From positions 4,257-36,256 of the forward strand of contig JBCBHT010000024.1 of assembly GCA_038525335.1 (NCBI GenBank): a DNA stretch of 32,000 nucleotides. The letters are read 5' to 3'. Source of the DNA: Cyanobacteria bacterium J06621_15 (GTDB lineage Bacteria; Cyanobacteriota; Cyanobacteriia; Cyanobacteriales; Nostocaceae). Positions 1 to 8,275 of this stretch are shown here, in pieces. The translations under genes were made by a program, and so were the position numbers. Below the pieces are notes generated by a model, which was not told where the DNA came from, did no database searches, and saw nothing but the letters and a program-made list of their open reading frames with translations. Every line of letters begins with the position of its first letter. Position 1 is the first letter of the stretch.

Positions 1-118
1 GAACAGGATACATTCTTGTGGGGTGGACATCCCTGTCCGCCAAGTTTCTACCAATTTCCTTTATATTCCACCCAAATGAAAACCGCTATAAGTAGTTAAA
101 CAAAATTAATTACACATT

Positions 119-242
119 GTCATTGCGAGTGGAACGGAGTGAAACGTTAGCGAAGCGTGTCCGATAGGACATAGCAATCGCAAGGGCTGCGATTACTATC
201 TCTCTTCGAGAGACGCTACGCTAACGCTTCGCTCGTAATGAC
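119..242. repeat. Composite palindromic MITE-like element. The arms are GTCATTGCGAG..CGTTAGCGAAGCGTGTCC and GAGACGCTACGCTAACG..CTCGTAATGAC.
   Basis: The left arm (119-165) and right arm (207-242) are imperfect reverse complements. The centre holds small hairpins (TGTCC-GAT-AGGACA; AATCGCA-AGGG-CTGCGATT). The GTTAGCG[A/T]AGCGTGTCC core recurs at 5377-5432 and 6289-6344. Confidence 0.5.
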
Positions 243-282
243 GGTAAATATTTTTGTTGACTTACTTATTCACCGCTAACCG

Positions 283-313
283 AAAAAAATCAGCCATCTC
301 CCAGAGACGACTG
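283..313 (-). terminator. Rho-independent terminator of groEL
   Basis: On the minus strand, CAGTCGTCT-CTGGG-AGATGGCTG forms a 9-bp stem with two G-U pairs. It is followed by ATTTTTTT and lies about 65 nt downstream of the groEL stop. Confidence 0.6.
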
Positions 314-375
314 TTTCAAAAATAGGGGTTTTATTCAATTAACGTAAATTAACGTTTCAGTAAGCTTTCTTCGAC

Positions 376-2016
<1,641 letters not shown>

Positions 2017-2126
2017 CTACTTGTACCTTCGCTTATTCTTTCTGTAAAAAATGTTGTTATTTATCGCTTAATAGCTCTTGATTACCAGTTGTTTTCAAAG
2101 AGTAAAGGCAAGGGGAAACAGCTAAA

Positions 2127-2160
2127 AACCTTTGACCTTTAACCTTTAACCTTTGACCTT
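2127..2160. repeat. STRR-like heptamer array ([A/G]ACCTTT, about 5 units) in the groES-groEL spacer
   Basis: Tandem units AACCTTT GACCTTT AACCTTT AACCTTT GACCTT read directly from the sequence. Confidence 0.85.
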
Positions 2161-2172
2161 GTTAACTAACAA

Positions 2173-2484
2173 CTAGCTAACAATCGCTAAAATATCTTTC
2201 TCAGAAAGCAGTACATACTCGTCAGTACCCAACTTGATATCGGTACCAGCGTACTTGGAGTAAAGAACTTTATCGCCAACCTTTACATCCACTGTCTGAC
2301 GATTGCCATCGTCCTTCATCTTACCGTCGCCTACTGCTACTACTTCGCCTACTTGGGGCTTTTCCTTAGCAGTATCAGGTAGATATAAACCACCAGCAGT
2401 CTTTTCTTCCGATGGGTTAACCTTTACAAAAACGCGGTCACCTAAAGGTTTTACTGTTGAAACGCTTAAAGATACAGCTGCCAT
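2173..2484 (-). CDS. groES: Co-chaperonin GroES (Cpn10)
   Basis: 103-aa [14 protein letters not shown] and the mobile-loop-like [27 protein letters not shown] are typical Cpn10 features. It lies upstream of groEL. Confidence 0.97.
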   Translation of the reverse strand: MAAVSLSVSTVKPLGDRVFVKVNPSEEKTAGGLYLPDTAKEKPQVGEVVAVGDGKMKDDGNRQTVDVKVGDKVLYSKYAGTDIKLGTDEYVLLSEKDILAIVS

Positions 2485-2499
2485 AACTTATTTGCCTTC

Positions 2500-2526
2500 T
2501 TAGCACTCTCGACTCCTGAGTGCTAA
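2500..2526 (-). promoter_or_regulatory. CIRCE operator (HrcA binding site) upstream of groES
   Basis: Perfect match to the CIRCE consensus TTAGCACTC-N9-GAGTGCTAA (TTAGCACTC TCGACTCCT GAGTGCTAA). It lies 15 nt upstream of the groES ATG. Confidence 0.9.
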
Positions 2527-2554
2527 TTTAGCGAAGCTACACCTATGATGGCAA
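2525..2554 (-). promoter_or_regulatory. Putative sigma70-type groESL promoter overlapping CIRCE
   Basis: On the minus strand: TTGCCA (2554-2549), an 18-nt spacer, then TAAATT (2530-2525). The -10 element abuts or overlaps the CIRCE left arm. This is motif reading only. Confidence 0.35.
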
Positions 2555-3548
2555 TATTTTCTAAAGTACGGGTTCCCGAACTAAGACGAAAGCAGGTTAA
2601 CCTAAGTATAAATGCTCAATTTTCAATGGTGTTTCGGGTTTTATGCAACTTCGGAAGAAGAGCTTGATATGGTTAGCTATTATTTGCAAAGCCAAGAAAT
2701 TGTAATAGAACTGTAAAATGTAGCCTTTTTATGCGTGATGATGCAGTGTTTCATTCGAGCGTTCAAGTACAAAAAACAACTAGCCTTCTACCCTATAAAA
2801 TCCTTAATAAATTATATAGAAACTTTAGGGTTGTCAAAAAATCGACAACGTGTATTTCTATGGAATTTAGGTTTAATTTCTATTCGATTAGACCATAGAA
2901 GCTAGTTTTAGTTTTTGAAATACTTGAAAAAGTGACTATTTAAGCTCAAAATGGACTCTGTACAACTGGAAAAACCGGCAACGGTATCCGAGCAAAAAAC
3001 CAACTACTTGCGGGAGCGGTTGTTCTAGAACAATAATAGTAGCTTACCCCGTGTTTATTTGTGGTAGCTACTCCTTTATCTCCCGAGTTATTTATCGCGT
3101 TTTAACCGAACGCATAAAAAGCTTATTTTGAGGCTAGCTATTCAATACGAAAACAAGTTTGTTCCCTACTTCCTTAGACTTCCTTAAATAAGAAATAAAA
3201 TCTTAGAGTTAAAGGAAAGCATTGAGTTAGATACGTAAAAGCAATTTAAAGATGAAAGCGCGGGTAACTTTTACAAGAAGTATGTTCGCCCAATACTTCT
3301 CTTGTGAACCCTGGCATATTATTATCTGATGGAATGTTTTTAGCCCGCACTTTTCAAAGCGATGTATAATAGCGCATTATAATACTATTGCTCTACGTAT
3401 CCTTACTGTAGCTCTTAGAGTTGATGGTGAAATTTCAATGGAGGCGGTAATCTCCTTTGAGACTTCCTCGAATAGAAGAGCAAGGTAAGCGGGAAAAAGG
3501 GACAACATCTCAATCATCCACCAATTAGGATAACTATTCAAGACCTTG

Positions 3549-4226
3549 ATGGATCTAAGCGCGACAAGTGCCACTGCTATGAAAGAACCCAGCATGAAAG
3601 ATCACAAACGATTACTGCTTATAGATGATGACCCTAATCTCATCTTGCTGGTAAAAGACTACCTCGAATTCCGAGGATATGAAGTCGTCACAGCCGAAAA
3701 TGGTCGAGAAGCTCTGGAAATACTGGAGCTAGACATCCCAGACATGATTATTTGCGACGTAATGATGCCGGAAATGGACGGTTACACCTTTGTAGAACAA
3801 GTCCGACAAACAGAACGTACTAGTTGGATACCTGTTCTCTTCCTTTCTGCAAAGGGACAAAGCGCAGACAGAGTGAAAGGTTTGAATAAAGGGGCTGATG
3901 TGTATATGGTCAAGCCCTTTGAACCAGAAGAACTCGTAGCCCAAGTTGAATCCTCGCTCAAACAAACAATTCGTTGGAAAGAACATCAAGCTAAAGGAGG
4001 CGAAAACGGCTCCCGTATCCAAGTACCTTTTGATGTCCAACTAACCCCAACAGAACTCAAAGTAGTGCAATTTGTTGCTAGAGGTATGGCTAACAGAGAA
4101 ATCGCTGAAGAACTCAACGTTTCTCAGCGTACTGTTGAAAGCCACGTCTCCAATATGTTGGGTAAAACCAACCTCCACAATCGCACCGAACTAGCACGTT
4201 GGGCTATTGAAAATCAAATGGCATAA
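3549..4226 (+). CDS. NarL/FixJ-family two-component response regulator (Ycf29/Rre1-like)
   Basis: Receiver domain motifs (LLLIDDDPN, DMIICDVMMPEMDGY, LSAKG, KPF) plus a C-terminal LuxR-type HTH (LTPTELKVVQFVARGMANREIAEELNVSQRTVESHVSNMLGK). The start is ambiguous: ATG at 3549, 3579 or 3594, or TTG at 3546. Confidence 0.9.
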   Translation: MDLSATSATAMKEPSMKDHKRLLLIDDDPNLILLVKDYLEFRGYEVVTAENGREALEILELDIPDMIICDVMMPEMDGYTFVEQVRQTERTSWIPVLFLSAKGQSADRVKGLNKGADVYMVKPFEPEELVAQVESSLKQTIRWKEHQAKGGENGSRIQVPFDVQLTPTELKVVQFVARGMANREIAEELNVSQRTVESHVSNMLGKTNLHNRTELARWAIENQMA

Positions 4227-4255
4227 ATTAGATTTTGGATTTTGCGGAAAGTTAA

Positions 4256-4295
4256 GCCATTGCGGTCTTGGGGGTTTCCCCCATGAGCAAATGGC
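4256..4295 (+). terminator. Compound stem-loop downstream of the response-regulator gene (possible terminator or dispersed palindromic element)
   Basis: GCCATTGC..GGGGG-TTT-CCCCC..GCAAATGGC forms a nested hairpin 30 nt after the stop. A second TTGGGG..CCCCAA hairpin follows. There is no clear U-tract. Confidence 0.35.
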
Positions 4296-4447
4296 GTTGG
4301 GGTGTAGATTCTCTTCCCCAAAACTTTCCAAGACGGATTTTACATTTAAATTACTAATCTAAAATCCGAAATTGCTTAATTAAACTAACTGATTACTCCT
4401 TGCACAATCTATCAGTTAGTAGCTATTAGTTATTAGATATAATCTTT

Positions 4448-4492
4448 TACTGCTCACTGTTCACTGCTCACTGATTACTGCTCACTGTTCAC
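4448..4492. repeat. STRR-like heptamer array (CACTGNT units) overlapping the 3' end of cysW
   Basis: The array reads tactgct cactgtt cactgct cactgat tactgct cactgtt cac. The last cysW codons (..VNSEQ*) are encoded by the array itself. Confidence 0.85.
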
Positions 4493-5275
4493 GGTCGTCT
4501 TCCGTTCCAAAATTTCTTTTAAAACCAGGGTGACAAACCCCAAACAAGCAAGTAACACCGCAGCAGCAAAAGCAGTTTCCGTTTCATATTGCTTATAAGC
4601 TTGCTCTACAAACAGCGGCAAAGTTTGAGTTTTACGGATAATATTGCCAGATACAACAGATATCGCTCCGAATTCGCCCATTGCTCTGGCATTAGTCAAA
4701 ATTAAACCATAAAGCAAACCCCAGCGAATATTTGGTAGAGTTACTCGCCAAAAAGTTTGCCATTGACTCGCACCCAGAGTATTAGCAGCTTCCTCCTGAG
4801 AAGAACCGATTTCCTCCAAAACCGGAATCACTTCCCGAGCCACAAAAGGCATAGTAACGAAAGCGGTTGCCAAAACCATTCCTGGAAAAGCGAAAATTAC
4901 CTTAAAATTAATCGCTTCTAAAATTCCTCCAAACCAGCCATTCTGACCGTAAAGCAAAATCATCATCAAACCAGCAACCACCGGAGAAACCGAGAAAGGA
5001 ACATCCAAAATACTCATCACAAAAGCCCTTCCGGGGAAACGATTGCGAGCCAGAACCCAAGCAGCACAAAGTCCAAAAACCGCATTTATCGGCACCACAA
5101 TCAAAGCAATAAGCAAAGTAAGCCCCACAGCGCTCAGAAAATCATCAGTCGTCAGATAGCCAAAAAACTCCCCAATCCCTCCCTGAAAAGCTTGATAAAA
5201 AACATTGATAGCCGGAATAAATAATACTAAACACAAGTAAGTGATAGCACTGAGAATTAAAAGCTTCTTGCCCAT
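4475..5275 (-). CDS. cysW: Sulfate ABC transporter permease CysW
   Basis: 266-aa polytopic membrane protein with an ABC-permease EAA-type loop (EEAANTLGASQWQTFWRVTLPNIRWG). It is the third gene of the sbp-cysT-cysW arrangement. Confidence 0.9.
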   Translation of the reverse strand: MGKKLLILSAITYLCLVLFIPAINVFYQAFQGGIGEFFGYLTTDDFLSAVGLTLLIALIVVPINAVFGLCAAWVLARNRFPGRAFVMSILDVPFSVSPVVAGLMMILLYGQNGWFGGILEAINFKVIFAFPGMVLATAFVTMPFVAREVIPVLEEIGSSQEEAANTLGASQWQTFWRVTLPNIRWGLLYGLILTNARAMGEFGAISVVSGNIIRKTQTLPLFVEQAYKQYETETAFAAAVLLACLGFVTLVLKEILERKTTVNSEQ

Positions 5276-5280
5276 AATTA

Positions 5281-5353
5281 AATAGTAGTTAGGAGTTAAT
5301 AGTTAGGAGTTAATAGTTAGTTGATAGTTGTTAGTTGTTAGTTGATAGTTATC
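5281..5353. repeat. STRR-like heptamer arrays (TAGTTAG/GAGTTAA/TTAGTTG units)
   Basis: Read directly in the cysT-cysW spacer. Confidence 0.8.
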
Positions 5354-5376
5354 AAATATAACTTTTTCCTATTTAC

Positions 5377-5432
5377 TGATAACTGTATGTCCCTCCGGTA
5401 CACGCTACGCTAACACTGATAACTGTTAACTG
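5377..5432. repeat. 56-bp dispersed element, copy A (inverted relative to copy B at 6289-6344)
   Basis: TGATAACTGTATGTCCCTCCGGTACACGCTACGCTAACACTGATAACTGTTAACTG. Its reverse complement matches 6289-6344 except for about 5 positions. Confidence 0.8.
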
Positions 5433-5440
5433 TTAACTGA

Positions 5441-6286
5441 TTACTGATACCTTTTTCCCCAAGCTTGTAATAAATTAATTATTAATAAAATTAACAGCGA
5501 AATTCCTAAAAGAACCGTTCCAATTACCGTCGCACCAGGGTAATCATATTGTTCCAAACGTTGAAAAATTAACACTGATGCAATTAAATCTTTGAAAGCA
5601 ATATTTGAAGAGACAATTACAATCGAACCGTACTCTCCCACAGCACGAGAAAAACCTAAAGCAATACCCGTTAATAAAGCTGGAAATAAAGGTGGAAAAA
5701 TTACTTGCCAAAAAGTTTGAAACTTCGATGCTCCCAAACTCCAAGCAGCTTCTTCTATCTCATGTTCCATTTCTTGCAACACCGGTTGCAATGCTCTGAC
5801 AATAAACGGTAGTGAAATAAATAACATTGCCACAAAAACACCAGCCCGCGAAAAAGCTATTTTAATTCCCAAGGGTGCGAGCAATGAACCAAGCCAGCCA
5901 TTTTCCGAATACACATTAGCTAAAGTCAAACCCGCTACCGCTGTGGGCAATGCAAAAGGTAAATCAATTGCCGCATCAACTAATCGCTTCAGCGGAAAGT
6001 TATATCTAACAAGCACCCAAGCAATTAATAAACCGAATCCACCATTGAATAGAGTCGCTACCAAAGCAGTCACAAAAGTCACATTATAGGCAGATAAAGC
6101 CATCGGACTTGTAGCAATCCGCCAAAATTCGCTTAATCCAACCTGAGAAGCTTCCAACAGCAAAGCCGTCACTGGAAGCAACAGCATAATAGTCAAATAA
6201 CCAATCGTAACTCCCCAAGGTAAAGAGAATTTTAGATTTGGGATTTTAGATTTTGGATTGTGAATTTGAGATTGTGCAACAGTCAT
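5441..6286 (-). CDS. cysT: Sulfate ABC transporter permease CysT
   Basis: 281-aa polytopic membrane protein with an EAA-type loop (EEAAWSLGASKFQTFWQVIFPP). It lies between sbp and cysW. Confidence 0.9.
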   Translation of the reverse strand: MTVAQSQIHNPKSKIPNLKFSLPWGVTIGYLTIMLLLPVTALLLEASQVGLSEFWRIATSPMALSAYNVTFVTALVATLFNGGFGLLIAWVLVRYNFPLKRLVDAAIDLPFALPTAVAGLTLANVYSENGWLGSLLAPLGIKIAFSRAGVFVAMLFISLPFIVRALQPVLQEMEHEIEEAAWSLGASKFQTFWQVIFPPLFPALLTGIALGFSRAVGEYGSIVIVSSNIAFKDLIASVLIFQRLEQYDYPGATVIGTVLLGISLLILLIINLLQAWGKRYQ

Positions 6287-6288
6287 TT

Positions 6289-6344
6289 CAGTTAACAGTG
6301 AACAGTGTTAGCGTAGCGTGTCCCGGAGGGACATACAGTTATCA
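6289..6344. repeat. 56-bp dispersed element, copy B
   Basis: CAGTTAACAGTGAACAGTGTTAGCGTAGCGTGTCCCGGAGGGACATACAGTTATCA. It contains an internal TGTCCC-GGA-GGGACA hairpin. Confidence 0.8.
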
Positions 6345-6350
6345 ATGAAT

Positions 6351-6430
6351 AGTTAGGAGTTAGGAGTTATGAGTTAGGAATTAATGATTATTTCTTACCT
6401 TTAACCTTTGACCTATGACCTTTGACCTAT
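6351..6430. repeat. Two STRR-like heptamer arrays (AGTTAGG type, then ACCTTTG/ACCTATG type); the second runs into the sbp 3' end
   Basis: Read directly. The sbp C-terminus ..IGQRS* is encoded by GACCTAT/GACCTTT units on the opposite strand. Confidence 0.8.
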
Positions 6431-7480
6431 CCTCTCCTGAATCTCATCAAAAGCAGCACCATCAGCAAAAAATCTATTTTGAACCTTATCCCAACCACCT
6501 AATTCTTCGACGGTAAACAAAGTTTTGACAGGCGGATATTGATTAGCAAATTCTTGTTTTATAACTTCATTTACCGGACGAAATCCTATTTTTGCAAACT
6601 CTCTTTGTGCTGCGGGAGTAAATAGATATTCAACAAAAGCTTCTGCTACTTCTCTATTACCATGTTTATCTACGTTCCTATCAATAACCGCAACAGGATT
6701 TTCAATTAAAATATTAGTTTCTGGAACAATATAATTACTCGGTTTACCTTTTAAACCAGCTAAAATTAACTCGTTTTCATAATTAATTAAAACGTCTCCC
6801 TGTCCCTGATTAAAAAATGCATCGCTCGCTTCTCTTGCATCTCTAGGTAAAATGGGAACGTTTTGATAAACTTTGCTGGTAAAATCCAATGCTTCATTTT
6901 CTGCACCAGTTTTCGATTGGGAACCATATAAAGCCAGAAAATTCCACCGTGCAACCCCAGAAGTTTTTGGGTTTGCGGTAATAATACTAACGTCTTCTTT
7001 TGCTAAATCTTCCCAACTATTAATTTGTTTGGGATTACCTTCACGAGTAACTAAAGCAGCAACAGATTGAGTCACCATGCTGTTATTTGCTGCTTCTTTT
7101 TCCCATCCTGGCTGAATCAACCCAGCTTTTTCAATTCTCTGCATATCTAGCGCTAGAGCCAATTCCACCACATCAGCATCCAAACCATCAACAACAGCAC
7201 GGGTTTGCGCTCCCGAAGCTCCATAACTTTCGTAAAAACGCACGGTTTGATTGTGTTTTTGCTTCCACTCCTGCACGAATTGCGGAATAATTTCTCTATA
7301 GGCTGGTTTTGTAACTGCATAGGAAACCAGCGTTAAATCCACACGTTTAGAAGTTTGAGCATTCGATGCAGAACAAGATACCAGCGAAACGCTCAAACCC
7401 CAACCCAATAAAAATAGTAGAGCAAAACTTTTTAATCCACCCCTTCTAGTCAAGCGAGCAACGAAGCGTAACAGCCCCAT
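6413..7480 (-). CDS. sbpA: Sulfate/thiosulfate-binding periplasmic protein (lipoprotein)
   Basis: 355 aa. It has a signal peptide with lipobox LVS-C, and ITANPKTSGVARWNFLALYG resembles the conserved Sbp/CysP segment. It lies upstream of cysT and cysW. Confidence 0.9.
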   Translation of the reverse strand: MGLLRFVARLTRRGGLKSFALLFLLGWGLSVSLVSCSASNAQTSKRVDLTLVSYAVTKPAYREIIPQFVQEWKQKHNQTVRFYESYGASGAQTRAVVDGLDADVVELALALDMQRIEKAGLIQPGWEKEAANNSMVTQSVAALVTREGNPKQINSWEDLAKEDVSIITANPKTSGVARWNFLALYGSQSKTGAENEALDFTSKVYQNVPILPRDAREASDAFFNQGQGDVLINYENELILAGLKGKPSNYIVPETNILIENPVAVIDRNVDKHGNREVAEAFVEYLFTPAAQREFAKIGFRPVNEVIKQEFANQYPPVKTLFTVEELGGWDKVQNRFFADGAAFDEIQERIGQRS

Positions 7481-7566
7481 TTCAAAATTCCCTCGTTAAT
7501 CTACGGTAACTCGGTCAAGATACCGGGTTTTATATTTTTAATCGTACAGCAAAAGGGGAATATGTA

Positions 7567-7589
7567 GAGATATTGCACTGCAACGTCTC
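7567..7589. repeat. Small palindromic element (GAGA-TA-TTGCA-C-TGCAA-CG-TCTC)
   Basis: Imperfect hairpin in the sbp/7742 divergent spacer. It belongs to the same GAGACG...CGTCTC class as the palindrome at 12600-12619. Confidence 0.4.
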
Positions 7590-7741
7590 ACTATATTTAA
7601 ATTCACACTGTTAATTTAGTGAAATAAATATTTAAAGTATTGAATTGGCATCAGAGATAATACTTAATTAAATCGAATCTATTACGGAATTTATATAGTC
7701 ATCTATGTATCATGTAGTGAAATGAAATTTTAAAACTACTT

Positions 7742-8161
7742 ATGGAACCTTTAACAGCTGGTGCGATCGCCACTCTTGCTTTTACCAAAGCTTTTGAAAA
7801 GACGATTGAAAAATTTACTGAAACAACCTGGAATAAAATTGACGCGCTACGCAAGAAGATTTGGCATAAATTAGCTGGAAATGAAGAAGCGGAAAAAGCC
7901 TTAGTTGCTATTGATTCAGGTTCTAAGCAAGATTTTGAATTAATTGCTCGATACTTAGAGCAAGAGATGGAATGGGATAAAAATTTTGCTCAAGAAGTGC
8001 AAACTTTAGCGCGTGAAATTGAGCAAGAAATTAATATCGGCAAAATACAAGGAAAGAATGTGCAAAATGTTTATGGTGGAGAAGCGCAGCAAAATAATGC
8101 AAATAACACTAATGCACCAGTAATCCAAGGTGGTAGCGGACACAATATTACATTTAATTGA
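7742..8161 (+). CDS. 139-aa all-helical protein with a hydrophobic N-terminal helix and a Q/N/G-rich tail. It is probably the detached N-terminal module of the downstream NB-ARC/TPR protein.
   Basis: ATG start. MEPLTAGAIATLAFTKAFEKTIEKF is followed by charged, helix-like segments, and the tail is GKIQGKNVQNVYGGEAQQNNANNTNAPVIQGGSGHNITFN. It ends at TGA 8159-8161, in the same frame as the NB-ARC ORF. Confidence 0.6.
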   Translation: MEPLTAGAIATLAFTKAFEKTIEKFTETTWNKIDALRKKIWHKLAGNEEAEKALVAIDSGSKQDFELIARYLEQEMEWDKNFAQEVQTLAREIEQEINIGKIQGKNVQNVYGGEAQQNNANNTNAPVIQGGSGHNITFN

Positions 8162-8275
8162 CTACAGTCGTCGGGAAGGGAACCGACAAAGTATCGTCCC
8201 ATCAAATATATACCTAACCGTGGTGCAACTAACTTTGTAGGAAGACGAGATGAACTTATCATAATTCATCGAAAG

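Noticed and set aside
2951-3028. 25-aa ORF MDSVQLEKPATVSEQKTNYLRERLF in the groES/regulator spacer
   Set aside because: No Shine-Dalgarno-like sequence, no motif, and a length compatible with chance.
3377-3595. 72-aa minus-strand ORF overlapping the start of the response-regulator gene
   Set aside because: Its start lies inside the regulator's coding region. It has no recognisable motif or ribosome-binding context, and the hydrophobic translation could arise by chance in AT-rich sequence. I kept it only as a remote small-membrane-protein possibility.
7742-8161. Classical two-gene amyloid-signalling pair (effector with a C-terminal motif plus an NLR carrying the same motif at its N-terminus)
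   Set aside because: After the TGA, the NLR reading frame goes straight into the pre-P-loop segment with no Q/N/G-rich motif copy. The templating architecture is therefore not supported, and a fused (interrupted) architecture fits better.
8159-8187. Selenocysteine recoding of the in-frame TGA in the NLR-like gene
   Set aside because: The only downstream structure is a 5-bp GC hairpin with an 8-nt loop, far smaller than a bacterial SECIS. Nothing in the window indicates Sec machinery, and a Sec residue in an interdomain linker has no rationale. Readthrough or pseudogenisation are more parsimonious.
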